DNA of 64,000 nt, from positions 4,092,001 to 4,156,000 of the forward strand of contig JBHGNT010000004.1 in assembly GCA_043228905.1 (NCBI GenBank). Reading direction: 5' to 3'. Of this stretch, positions 36,381 to 49,514 are shown piece by piece. The position numbers and the translations under genes are program-made. Numbering within the stretch: the stretch's first letter is position 1; each line of letters opens with the position of its first letter. Under the pieces are notes generated by a model. The model saw only the letters and a list, made by a program, of their open reading frames with translations. It did not search any database and was not told the DNA's origin. The stretch is from Azolla caroliniana (Eukaryota > Plantae > Polypodiophyta).

Positions 36381-38063
36381 TTTGAGTGACAAAGCACTTA
36401 GTGTGTACCATTCGGAGCTACTCCCTCAGATACACCCCACGAGTGGCAAAACACTTTCATGGCGAGTGATTTAACACGAAACCAAGATCTACCTCATTGG
36501 GCAGCTCGAAAGTGTCATGCGGCTCGACGAGGGTTGCAATATATATATATATATATATATATATAAGTATACATAGAAGTAGAAGCAGGCAAAAACGTAC
36601 ATCTGCGGGGGGCACATCTTCAGAGAAAAGAAGCCTATAAAAACACCGTCGTTGCCCGAGTCTATCTATCTAGGGCTAGGGATGGGAACAGAAACACAAC
36701 AACTGATGGCAACATGTTGGGGGGGGGGGGAAAGGAAGCGAAGAAGCATGGGGTTCGATCCGAATCGAGGGCAGGTGGAGATAGATAAGGTAGAGAGAGA
36801 GATATATATATGTATATTGGTAATGTCCACGGGGAAGACTGATTGGGGATCGGGTGGCCGGACAAAAGAAGCGAGAGAGAGAGAGAGAGAGAGAGAGAGG
36901 TGAGAGGGTGCCCATTTCTGGCCTTGGTCCTGGGCCCTGGCCATTCTTCTTTCCTTCTAAGTTCTACCTAATGGACAAAACAAACAAAACACACAGAAGA
37001 GAAAATGGGTGGGGGTGGGGGGGTGGGTGCTCTGTTTTTCTCTTCCCACCGCTAAAGACTCTCTTCTCATTTTTTGAAAATTCCTTTCCTCCTCCTCCCT
37101 CCCCCCCCCTTCTCTCCTCTGCACAGCAGCAGACCGTTCCCAGCGTCTGCAGACCTCCTCCTCCTCCTTCGATTCACACAGGTTTGAGACCTTCCTTGCT
37201 TCCTCTTCTTTTCTTTTCTTTCTTTTCCCCCCCATTTTCTTCTTCTGTTTTCTTTTTCTGGTTGGATTCTTCTGTATGTTTTAGTATATGATGAAATTCC
37301 CGAGGAAACCATTTAGGGTTGCTCTGTTTGTGTGTGATTCTTCTCTCTTTCAATTCTTCTCCCCCATCTTGCTTGCTCTGTGAACTTGAATCAAAGTCAA
37401 TTTCACTTCAGATCTGCCCCCATTTTCAGGCTCCCCAGTAGAACAGGCGAGAAAGAAAGAGAATATGTACCCAGAATCTTGCGATATCCTCTGATGTGAA
37501 CTGAATCGTGTCTTCTTTCCTCCCCCCCCATATCTCGGGTTTCAAATAGAAACTCTTGTTCAAAACGCTAGGTTATCCTAGAGTTCCATGCGAACTGAAT
37601 TTAGTCTGCACTTTTTTAGTTATTGTTCTTTCTTTCTATCTTTCATACAGGAATCGAACGCCTTACATATTTAAACCCGAGCTTTACTGTCAGCATTCAT
37701 CTGAAATTCAAGTCTTTTCGTCTAAACGTTTGATTCTTTGAATGATTTTCAGATCGACTATAATGCTAATTTGAGCGTTTTATTCAAACCCGAATTTTGC
37801 TTGTGCCATTTATTTGCATGAGTTGAACTTATTCCTCTTGAGAAGTTTGCTTTCAGATCAAGTTCAGACGTTGAAGACTTATTCACATGCAAGATTTAAG
37901 ACTATCACTGGTCTTTTTTTAAAGACAACCAGAAGCAAGTTTAAAGATTCACACAGGTAAACAAATATCAACTGCAGAAATGAAGCTGTATTTTCCTTCT
38001 GTTTTGAGAGTACTCAAAAACATATGAGAGATTTGATTGGATTTCTGCTTGCATCCTGAAGCT

Positions 38064-39941
38064 ATGACAGAACTTTCTGAGCGGGAAGATGAAATATATC
38101 TTCATCCAAAGCTAAAGCTTGCAAACAATTTAGCTTCGCCTGATAGAAATAAACGCGAAAGAGCCATGTCTTTAGTTTGCTTGTGGCTCACTTCACAGAG
38201 AGAAGTGAAAGAAGAAGAGCTTTTCAAGATATGGAAAGGATTGTTCTATTGTCTTCGACGAGCTGAGAAAGCACCATCTCAACAAGAAGATTTGCTTTGT
38301 CGTATGTCAAACCTAATTGAAAAGCTCGATTTAGACCTTTCTCTCATGTTCTTCAAAGCTTTCTTGACAGCTACGGTGAAAGAGCTCGAAACGATTGAGG
38401 ATGGATGTAGCTCTGGTACCTTCTATGTGTTGCTTTCGCACAACGTTTCACGTGTGCTTTCAGTCCTGAAAATTAATGGCTGGAATTTGTTGGTGATTCA
38501 AAGCTTTATGGATGCTATCTTAGAAAGATCTCTTCTTCTTCAAGATGGACTTGTGATGGACAGGATAAATAAGCAAATTGCTGATGTTTTTCTAGGTTTA
38601 TTGAAGGAATTCCTTCCCATTCCCATAGAAGTACTTCCTGTTCTGTTGGATCCATTTTGGATAGCTATGGAGAAAGGGGGAAATAAGTCTGTTTCTGAGA
38701 AAATTGTAACTAGGATTTTCATTCCTATTTGTGAATCTGGCATCAGGAGGATGGAAGATCGAAGTATTGATTCTGAGGATGGATATTTAGGTGACTGTGT
38801 TGTTTCATTGCCATTGTTATTATTATCTTCTAGAGTTCAGAAGATTGCAGCCATTTCTGAGTCACATTCTCTGATAGTGAAAGAGTTGCAAGAAAAAGCC
38901 ATGCATTTAGAGAAGTTGATGAATTTAAAGAAAGTGGAAGGGAAATATAATCAGTCGAAGAGCACAGATACAGCTTGCATTCTGGAAGATTGTGTGGAAG
39001 CAGCTGTTGAGTGTACTACTGAGTCACCCAGACAACTCTTCACATTCAAAACATTTGGTCGAAGAACCAAAAGAAACCAAAATATTTCTTTCTCTATGCA
39101 AACACGGGATGGTTTAGAAAACATACAATGTTACTCATCTTCAAAAGAGAGCTTTGAAGTAGGGGATACACCGACTGAAGAAATCCATGTACCGATACAT
39201 GGGGAAATAACTGCCAGGAAAATAGAGGATGAAACTACTCCATTAATTAATAATGATGCTCTGAATTGTGGAGGTAATGTAATTCTGGAAAATTCAGTGA
39301 TTTTGAATCTGGCCGAGAAATTTGATTCCATTGGTGATGATGGCTCTTGTTTTGAGAGATTTGTCAGTGATTCTACCTGTTTTGAGAGTTTTATATCTGA
39401 TTCTACTTCCTTCATGAGCTTTCCATCACCCACGCCAACTTCAACACCATTAGCTCCTTCTCCAGTGAATACAGGGAGCAGAAAACGCAAGAATTGGATA
39501 TTTTCACCGATGGATTTTGGTGGCGCTGAGAGCCCCACAGGTGCAAAGGAAAACAATACTTTGGCTTCTAACAACAACAACAACAACAACAATAATAACA
39601 GCGTAAGTAATAAGAATAATGATGATGGCTTGCCGTTGATGGCCGAGACCTTGTCTATGAAGAAATCTAGGAAAGTGCATTTTTCTCTTCAGCATAATAT
39701 TGTATGGAAACCTTCCACTCCTCTTCCTCCTCACGATTTAAGGGTTCCTCCAGCAGCTACACCGAGAGGAAGTGCACTGAAGAAAGGTGTTCCTCCAGGT
39801 CCTGTCCTTGTTTTGGATGAGAGTGTTTTGGTTTCTCCGAAGAGGAGGAAGAAAAAAAACACTCCAAAGAAGACATCTTCGTTGAAAAGCCCGAAGAGTC
39901 CAAAGAGGTCTACAAAGAAAGGTTACTCTAGTCCTCGATGA
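38064..39941 (+). CDS. RRP1: Ribosomal RNA processing protein 1 (Nop52 domain; RRP1/RRP1B-like), single coding exon
   Basis: N-terminal LASPDRNKRERA...FKIWKGLFYC (Nop52 domain) and C-terminal plant-type RKVHFSLQHNIVWKPSTPLPP..LRVPP..TPRGSALKKGVPPGP with a basic tail. The ATG is at 38064. Confidence 0.85.
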   Translation: MTELSEREDEIYLHPKLKLANNLASPDRNKRERAMSLVCLWLTSQREVKEEELFKIWKGLFYCLRRAEKAPSQQEDLLCRMSNLIEKLDLDLSLMFFKAFLTATVKELETIEDGCSSGTFYVLLSHNVSRVLSVLKINGWNLLVIQSFMDAILERSLLLQDGLVMDRINKQIADVFLGLLKEFLPIPIEVLPVLLDPFWIAMEKGGNKSVSEKIVTRIFIPICESGIRRMEDRSIDSEDGYLGDCVVSLPLLLLSSRVQKIAAISESHSLIVKELQEKAMHLEKLMNLKKVEGKYNQSKSTDTACILEDCVEAAVECTTESPRQLFTFKTFGRRTKRNQNISFSMQTRDGLENIQCYSSSKESFEVGDTPTEEIHVPIHGEITARKIEDETTPLINNDALNCGGNVILENSVILNLAEKFDSIGDDGSCFERFVSDSTCFESFISDSTSFMSFPSPTPTSTPLAPSPVNTGSRKRKNWIFSPMDFGGAESPTGAKENNTLASNNNNNNNNNNSVSNKNNDDGLPLMAETLSMKKSRKVHFSLQHNIVWKPSTPLPPHDLRVPPAATPRGSALKKGVPPGPVLVLDESVLVSPKRRKKKNTPKKTSSLKSPKSPKRSTKKGYSSPR

Positions 39942-42528
39942 CTTCATAAAAGAAATGAAAAGTACCTGCAAAGAAGGATTATGAGTTTAGTCCTTGATGA
40001 ATTGATAAAAGAAGATGAAAACGCTTTAGTCTTTGAAGGCTTGATTAAGAAAAACATGACATTTGATTCGAAAGGTTTCCTAAGGGTTACAGTTGTGCTC
40101 GACTAAGAAGTGTTGAGGTTTGCCAACCTATCCTTTATTACTGTTGCCAAGATGGTGTGGTTTAAAAGGTCGATTTTACAACTTACATATAAGAGAGTGA
40201 ATGCTAACATTGCTGGAGAAGTCTTCAGGATGTTTGAGATTGGAAAGAGAGGAATATTTCAGCTCTAATTTCCATCCGTTACTGTCACTGATGGTTTAAA
40301 TGTTGAACACTTGAGATATTTCTATCATTTTACGGTTGTTTTCTCTCACCTCTTTGTAAGTTCTGATGTGAGCATATGTACAGTTATTTGTGGATGTAAT
40401 AAACTTTTAAGTGCAGTACATGGGCAATCTATACTTAACCTCCATACATATTTCAGAATCTATAGTTGTTTTCCTATATAATATATTGTTTGGAATTAAC
40501 TTACTATAGATGCATTTTGGCCATCTTGCAAAATCTGAAAGTACATACAACATATGAGTGGAATTTGTCCTACCAATGGGCATTTCCTTCATTTTTTTCA
40601 AAATTAAAAACCACAGCAAGTCCTTCTGTGTGATTTACAATGCGTCATAATAATGTAGCAAATGGGTAAAAGGTTTTGACAGAATCAGAGTTATATTTCC
40701 GGAATCAGAATCTTGGTTTTTTGAGGTGCCCAGATGATGCATTTTGACTTCCTAAACTCTCTGATTTGAGACGATTGGCTTGTCAAATACGGTTTTTCTA
40801 ATTGTTTTTTAATTTGCTGTCAACTCCTCTTTATAAACACAAAACTATTTGTTTTGATGGTGAAAATGATTGTTCATTTGAAATGATCGTGTTCTATCTG
40901 CTAGAAGAGATTTACCCTCCATTGATAGATATGTTGAAAATCTTGCCTATGCCCTATGTATGCAAAATGGTAAGATAGGCAATACATGAATGTCAGTAGA
41001 TATGAATATTTTCCACTCTCAAGAATTAATTTCGTTCTTGGTTATTGTCACTGTTCTTGAGGATATTCCATAACAGATAGTTATCTCGAGTGATTTACAA
41101 CATGCTACCTTTTGAGTTTGATTTCTGTTCTGTTTTGAAAAGTTTGATGTTGATCTGGAATGTAAAAAATATGTAGGCAATATGATTCTTATCCATTTCC
41201 ACGTATGAATCAGCTTAATAATCAAGTGTTGCACGATACCCTAACTAGATAAACAATGCAATATCATCTTTTGCATTTTTTAGTGTATATTCCCAATATT
41301 CCTCTATCTACTTTACAACAAATAATTAAAGATACTTTTTTGGACACCAAGGATATGACGAAATGATTGGGTTAAAAACCACACTGTACGTTAAATGCCA
41401 ATGCTGTTAATGACAAGCAAAGTGTTATGGAAAAAATATTGTGTAGCACATCCGTTACTTAAGGAGGGAATTGGTAGATGTTATGATCCCAATTACTAAA
41501 ATATGAAGCGTTATATCATGATAAACAAAAGCAATAGAACTTATGCGAGAAACGTTGGATATCTCCAACAATGCTCTCACCCCACGCTTTAGCATGTTAA
41601 TGTGGGAATCTGCTACCTGGGGAAATTGATCCAAGCTGTTAACTCAAATGAAACAATGAAGAGTTATACCATGATAAACAAAATCAAATAGAGTGTCCTT
41701 GAACAAATCGATCAAACTTCAGATGTCACCAGTGACGACTCTCACACTGCACTTGTAACACATAGTAATTTGTTATTCGCCTTGTGAATTTGTTAGAACA
41801 TTCATTATAGACGGTCTCTACTGGTCTCTACTATGCCCTTCAAGAAAGCAGAAGGGACATTTTGGTAGGTGTTACTTGCATTTATTATAAGAGGATGACC
41901 AACTAAGTGTAGCTGTTTATTCCAAGAGGAAATGCTTTCAGGTTCTAGGTGAGAATTCTCAATCATGTTGATGGCAATATTGGCGTCAAAGTTGATGACA
42001 AATCATACTTTTTAATTTAATCATGATGGCTTAGAAATTATAAGACATTTGACAGCACAATTGGGACCCCCTAAACTTGTAGAGAAGAAAAGTATGCTGC
42101 ACTTTTTGCAAATGAAACCTTGGAATTATAATTTTAGTCATCATCAGTTACCTAAGATATAGTCGTGCATTACATTCATTGAATAGAATCACGTCATGTG
42201 CAGAAATTGAATGAAGTCAAGGGACTTGAGACATCAGAATTACTTTATACCGAAGATATATGTTTATTTATTAATGCCATATTGCTTTTTAAATCCATCC
42301 ATAAAGAGAATTCAACAACCTGAAAGATAAATACAAGTTACAACCACAAAATTGTTTACAAAAAATTAAAAACAAAGATTGCAAATTTGCTCCAAAAAAT
42401 CTTTATATTTCACATGAGCTTGTTTTCCAGGTTGTGAATATCCATAATGATTCAATGTTAAAGAATGGGTGATTAACGAAATGATTTCATGACATCCCTT
42501 AAGGTCATGTGAATTGAAACCTCTTCTT

Positions 42529-45500
42529 TTAACTGATTTCCTGCAATATTGGGGTTGACACTGCCCTCCTCATCTGCTTCCTACATCGGTGAAAGATACT
42601 TGTATACAAGAGGTCAAACTGAATGCCAGCTCTTTCTCTGTTGATGATGAAGGAGATGTGGTCACCTTCAATTAGAGTATGGTACCTTTGTAGGAATAAC
42701 ACATTAAAGTACAAAATTTCTAGTTTAGCAACAATAATCACAAAAAGAACTTGCAAGAACCAGACGATTGAGAGAACATACCATATGCCAGTTTGCAGGT
42801 ATTGGCCATCTTTGAAGTCTGGACCCAAATGACAATTTGGATGGGCAGTTGGTACACGTGGATAAAGCATGGAGACAGTATTTAATGCACCATCATTATC
42901 ATGCCAATCTTCATCTCTGTAAATGTTTCTCAAAAGTATAAAAATGTACATGGATGACCAATACCCATGTAGTTCATTCAAATATTTTAGAAATAAACCT
43001 CCTAAAATTTAGGTCCCAAGTATGGTGAAACAAAACTGAATACATAGCTAACGATATGATCTTACCTGTAGCCTTCATATGGCAATGATGCATGAGCTGG
43101 ATGCCTCCACTGGCACATTTGAAGGGACCTCAAACAGAACAAAGGGTGAATTCTCATTATACTAGATGGCACCGTAAATCCGAGAAACTTCTTTGTCATC
43201 TGAGTGGCATAACTGCAAGAAATTTCATCTAACAGTTCAAAACTTGATTGTATTATAGCAAGTTGAATGGACAGTTGTGTGCAAAACCAAATATGGGTAT
43301 GGGAAAAATAATGAACTGAAAACTGTTTACCTGAAATAGAAAGTGTTAGGAAATGTTTGTAAATGCCGATTAAGCTCAACTGCAGATTGAATGCTGAGAT
43401 CTGAGCATATCCAATCACGTGAAGCAAATGGCCCAGTTTCAAACAATAACGATTTAACTAGCCCCGTTAATCCAATTTTTCTCCAATTCATTTCATAGTG
43501 ATCAAACCCAAATCCGTAGTACTTCTTAAGAAATGGGATATCCATCCATTCATATATGACAACACCAACGCGAAGGAGCTGCAAGAGAGAAATAGCAGCC
43601 AATGAACGTCCATCTTCTGGCCTGATTAGACAGGAAGAAAGATAGTAAAAGGTCATACAAAGACGATTTCCCTCATGACTATTGCAATCACCCACAGCCG
43701 GTTGGCATGAAAAGATGCAATAATAAGTGTTTCTGATCATTTTAAGCATTTAGAAATAACGCAATTACTTGATTCCGTCTAAATAGATTCTGGTTGAGCC
43801 ATTCAAAACTCCTGACAAGCTTGTTAGACTCAGGACCCAATCTGCATGTGTGGACTCAAAGCCTTCAAATTTCTGCAAATGATAGGCTAATTAGACCACA
43901 GCAACTAATATAGAAACCACAAGCATTTCCAATAATTGAGATTGGCTCAGGTGTAACAACCTTGTCTGCTAGCATCTGTTGCAACACTCTGACTACTTGA
44001 GCTCCAGTTGAATGACCAACAAAATGAACTGGATAATTCTCATCCCATTTTGGGTGGTGTCCTGAAATGGAATTATATCAAAATTATAATTTTTTGAAGA
44101 AATTACTAGAGGTCCAGGGAAGACTTCAAACTATGAGGGTTAAAAGTGACTTCTTTTTAATGATTCGCTTGGTTAAAAGTTTAATGCATTTAGGATTCAT
44201 TTGTGTTCCTAAGGGTAAATCTAGAGGAAATCTTACACATCATGCATTAGAAATTTTGCATCCTCACATTCCACTAATAAGGGAAGCAAAATTTATATAT
44301 AAGTAGTAACTTTAAAACCACGGATTTCCATTAATATTGGCATGTACCTAACTGGATTACCCCCCACAGTGGGTTCTATTGATTTGGTACATAAATAAGA
44401 CTCTATTTCTTTCCAAACCCACATCAAAACTTATAGGAAAATCAGCTAAAAAATTTCACTAGTTTAATAACACATTTAATATGCACGTTACAACTTGACA
44501 GTAACATCAAGAAAATTAATAAGGAGAAATCACCTGGACTGTAAGTGCGACCAAATCTTGAGTGACCGCACTGGAGACTGTGTTCCAAGCCATAATCTAC
44601 TGTGCCACCCTTCAGATAATAAAATAGTTCACGTGCCCTGCCATATAGATAGCAAGCATAAGTTTATTATAATACAGCTAACATGAGTTCCTTATCACCT
44701 CACCTATCATGAATGCTTGTTAGGGGACCAAGATCTGGTACGAAAATCCGATCATCCTTGTGTTCAGCTCCTGCCCAGTAGGATAAAGCCCCCATTTTCT
44801 GTCAATGTCACAGCCAAATGTTGAGTTATGAGCAAAGATTACAAAAAAGTCAAGTAATACATGGAAGACTGTCCACCTTATTTTAGTTTCTGATAGGCTA
44901 AGTCTTAATCTGTTAGAATTATGCATTCCATAAGGTATGCTACATTATACAAACACCTGATAAAGCAGGCAGACTGAAAGCATCGCCATCATACATTATT
45001 TAAGAGATAGACTTAAAATACTTCTTATTGATTTATGGTATTACCTTTGACTCCTAACATTCCAATATATAAATGATATGGTATTGTGGTAAATTGTGTC
45101 TTGTAACATGCATGTTTTAAATTCAATGGAATGGAAAGGTAAATATTGTAGTTTTAGTTTGAAATCCTAGAGTGAGCTAACATGGAAAAGAAATTCTATT
45201 AAAAAATTTGTTTGTAACAAAAAAAACTTTCGTTTTTAGTTTGTAATCCAAGAGAACAACTGATGGAAAATATTAGCTCTTCAAAATTACGTAGAGTAAA
45301 CCGAAATGAAAAAGAGTAAAATTCCTCATGTTTTTTTGAGATCATTTAAAAAGGAAACGGAAAATTTGTGCTAATTTTGATAAGAACATTAGTTACAAAC
45401 ATATGTGTAAACATTCGCTCAAATATACTTACCCCTTTACCAAATCCAAAAATCCCGTGAACAAGAACAATTGGCGCATCTTCATGACCAGAAAATAAGT

Positions 45501-45762
45501 TGTTATTGGCTAGCAGAGCTTCAACTCCACTCTCTAAAGAGATGCTAGAATCATTCTCAATCTTTGTGAATTCTTCAATAGCTTCATTCAGCGCGTTGGT
45601 TGTGGCAGTATGTCTGAAACTACCAGATGATATAAACTCGCAAGCATCGATAAGTATTGCCGATATTAGAATAGAGGCAGCATAGATCACATGTACAAGA
45701 GCACTAATGGAAAGCTCAGAGCATCGAAGCCATAGGGATGTTATATTACCAAATATCGTCAT
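42529..45762 (-). CDS. Alpha/beta-hydrolase lipase (GHSTG nucleophile elbow). Exons 45762-45433, 44798-44704, 44637-44534, 44061-43961, 43872-43769, 43621-43331, 43212-43066, 42916-42782, 42685-42529
   Basis: [12 protein letters not shown]|...[11 protein letters not shown]|[28 protein letters not shown]|..[17 protein letters not shown]...[16 protein letters not shown]...EGDH. The GT-AG joins are in frame. Confidence 0.92.
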
Positions 45763-46967
45763 GCAGCGACTAAATGGGTAGAAATTACATATACAATGAT
45801 GAATAGGTTGGTAAATGATCCCTCTAAGTCTAGCATACATTACAGAAAGCTTGCCTTCACGAAAATGAATGAAAGATTTGTTTTTCTATTTCTGTGAGGA
45901 AGGGGCCTAAGCATACCATATTGAAGAGATGGCCATCCTCCGCACCTCCCTCCTTGACACTGCGGTTGTAAAAAAATGTACAAAAGCTCTCTTAAAGTAT
46001 GTCCAAGGGCAAAAATGTAAACTTTTAAGGTGCGCGGCTATGGAAACTTAGAAAGTAATATTATGGAAGGTGGAGATGCAATGCAATGCAACAAAACAAG
46101 GAGCAATTTTGAAAGGGGATTTAATTGAAGGAAATTCATAGACATTTCGACCAAGGCATGATGCAAACTAGCAAAGAAGATAAAATTTTCAAATGATGAT
46201 ACAAACAACACGAAGCTGAAAACAAGAATCAATCAATCGAAACTTCAATAGCAGATGCGATACAAAGGAGGAGGGAGAGAAACTTAGAATGGCAATGCGA
46301 ACAAGAAGGAGAAGAAGAAGAGAGAGAGAAAGGAGGAAACAAAAGGTCATGGAAATTTGGCTACCACGTGAGATGCAAAACGATCAGAAGGAGAAATTTT
46401 TGAAATGATGATGCAAATAAAAACAAGATTCAGAAGAGGAAAAGGAGAAGGAAACTTCGACACAAATGTGATGCAATCCGCAATCAACAGAGTTTGTTTT
46501 ATGCCATTACGAAACAATTATAAGCTGAAGAAAGATAATAAAGGAGGAGGAGGAGGAATAAGAGAGAATCAATGGAAACTGTGAAGAGAAGGATATGGAA
46601 CAAGTACCTGAGGGAGATGCAGAATCAATGGGGATGGATGGATGGATCAGAGAAAGGGGGCAAATAACGTTTCAAGTGTGTAGATATGGAGGTGAGGAAG
46701 AAGAAGGAGGAGGCGAGCTTGGAGGCAGAATCAATGGCAGCCGAGCTGCTTTTATTTGTATGAACAGATTGATTGCCGATAATCTTGCGACGCTCAGAGA
46801 AACGCCTCGCTTCGTTCGTTCGTTCGCTCTGTGTTCACAGAGGAGAAAGAAGAGAGAAACAAGCTTCGCTTTTGTTCAAGTAACTCAGAGGTTACCGGCA
46901 CGTGCCAGTCACCCGCCGCCAGCGTGCCGGTCGCCCCTGCGGGATTGCTCCCTCTATTTCGTCACGC

Positions 46968-47255
46968 ATACTACGTAATAATACTCGAATGCATAGGCAA
47001 ACATTCTTTTTCCATACGAATGAATAGGCCAACATTCTTTTTTCATACGAATGCGTATATTATCAAAACATTCTTATGTTTTTTTTTAAAACACTTTTGA
47101 CCTTAACTTTCTTACCTTAAAATTTGTTTTACCTTAGAATAAATAATGGATACCAAAGTATGGTATTTACCATACTTCGACGGTGTTTACCATACTCGAA
47201 TTATTGAAACATTCGCGAATGCGAATACACGTTTGGTGGTGCGTATGGTTCATAG
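46968..47255. repeat. Dispersed non-coding repeat with palindromic core, copy A (copy B at 49515-49731)
   Basis: Shares GAATGCAT.GGCAAACATTCTTTT.CCATACGAATG...AAGTATGGTATTTACCAT.CTTC...GGTGTTTACCATACTCGAAT with copy B. Confidence 0.85.
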
Positions 47256-48766
47256 TGTGATTTCCTCTATTATTATTTTTGATAGGTTTTTGTTTTTGTT
47301 GTTTTCCTTTGGGCTTTTAATCAATAATTTTGTCTTTTGTAAAATAGTCTATTCATTAATTGGTATTTATTTTTTCAGATTTATTTTCTATATTTTATTT
47401 TAAAAAATTGGAAGAAAAGAAATTTGTTTTTTCTTTGGCTTTCATCGTTTTCGTTTTATTTAACTTTTTGGTTTTGTATAACTAATGGAAGGAATTTCTT
47501 TTTTCGAAAAAAAAAAAAAAAAAAAAAAAAAACATTTTGGTTTTACGTCTTCTCAAAAAAATATAATTATAACAAAAATCAAGACGTAGAAAAAACCGTC
47601 AACCCGAGTTTCTAGAACCTTCTTCTCCGGCTAGCTTTTTGTCCGGCCGTTTGCCGCCCAATAGATCTGACAAATCCCGCGCGGATGGAGACACCATTGA
47701 TCAATTAACATGGCTCCCCGACCACAATTTTAAGACGGCCATTCCAGAGGGCCCCCTGAAATGTCCACCCTATAGGCGCCCATTCCCAATGCCCCCCCAA
47801 ATGTCCGCCATATGGAGCTAGAACAATGGGGTTTCCGTTCCCAATGTCTGGTGTTTGTTATTTCAGCTCATCCCCTCCCAAGAACTTCAGAAATCCCGTC
47901 TACATGAAACTTCAGTCTATCCCAACTTTGTGACACCCCCACTTGGGGGGGTGGGTTCTAAGGTAAGTGCCATTTGGGATGCCACACAAACCCTGACTCT
48001 GTGCGTGGCGTGACACTCTCGCACATACTTCTTTGTGGTCAACTTTTAGTTTTTGTAATGGTGACTCGTTTGTGAATATGCCAAAACCAAAGGAATTTTT
48101 GTCGTTGCTATTGAACATATTCCACAAATTATGGATTTCGTCCCCACTTAAATCTATCTTTAAAACTAAACATGGAAAATTTTGATAACTATCCAAGTTT
48201 AGCAAAACACCACGAACATTTGGAGATCCCAGGATTGTAATTCATTTCCGCCCGCACCAATTGATGCCGACATCACATAATTAATCAACAAATTTAGCAT
48301 ATGTATCAATTTAGGCTTGTTAAACGATCAACGAATCTGTCACTTTGCAACATTGCATCGCATTCAGAAATTTCTAGGTATATTTTCCTTTCCAAGTATG
48401 CTTTTCCCAAAACTCTTGTCAACAAGGTAAAACAAAGTCTGATGCCCCCTTCTTACCTTGGGTCCCCTCGTTGTCAAGTGCAGACCAAACTAAGTAAACA
48501 AGGTGCATAAATGACGCCAGCCAATGTAGACCGATGTTGTTTTACATGTTTTTGTGAAACTTCACATTATGCTATTGTCTACATTTTTTAGGCATGTTGT
48601 AGAGTTTCAAATTTTCATATGAATCTATTAGATTTTAGTGGGATATGTTTGTTACTTTTAAAATTTAATCGTAACGCTTATGTATGAATATTAAAAAATC
48701 ACTTGGTTATGTACGAAAGGTATCGTTTTAATACAAACATATATTATTTGTGGAAAATAACTTGTA

Positions 48767-48889
48767 ATGAAATCCATTCGAGCTATTTACTAGTGATTGG
48801 TCACCCCTCTCCGATGAAACCCCATAACTAACAAACCTCTTCGATGAAATCCATTCGAGCTATTATTTGTTAGTTATGGGGTTTCATCG
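48767..48889. repeat. Perfect 24-bp inverted repeat (48812-48835 / 48866-48889) enclosing one copy of a 21-bp direct repeat (48767-48787 / 48844-48864)
   Basis: Arms CGATGAAACCCCATAACTAACAAA and TTTGTTAGTTATGGGGTTTCATCG. ATGAAATCCATTCGAGCTATT occurs twice. Confidence 0.95.
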
Positions 48890-49514
48890 TTATGATCTGT
48901 TTTTGTGAATGACTTGTTCCCTATTTATACCTCTTCTAGATCATATACGTGTGGCATCAAAACCCCATCCACATTGGTTAGACTTGCTAAATAGTACAAA
49001 GTGACAAACCTAACTCTTACCTGGTTCACTAAATTGCTACGAAAACCCAACGCTTGTCCAACAAACCAATTGAATTCATAAACAATGAGATTAATACTCC
49101 CTCTACTTGAAAGCTCAATGAATTCCAATTCATTGATTGAAATTAAAAAAACACAATTTCTAAAACTAATGAAACAATAGGTTTTGATGGGTTTTACACA
49201 TCACAATCATCAATAATATTATGTACTAGAAACACAATGATTTTGCCAAATAGTATCAGCCATGTCAAACATTGTTGGAGAAGTTTAGTATATTGTTAAT
49301 TAGTACAAGGAAGAAACTTTAATTTCTTCTTATTCTTTAGGGATTCATAGCATTTCACTACATGCACATGTATCATTATGTGGCATGCCCAAAGCTTTTA
49401 AAGGAGGGATTTTTATGTGTTTGGATACTTGCACAAACAAGTAAGACCAAACAAGCAAACAACAAATGTTATCACCTAACACTAAGTGAGAAATTAAACA
49501 TTGTACCTTTCACA

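Noticed and set aside
47830-48550. Coding-like or organelle-like sequence
   Set aside because: No frame gave a motif I could recognise. A database search would be needed.
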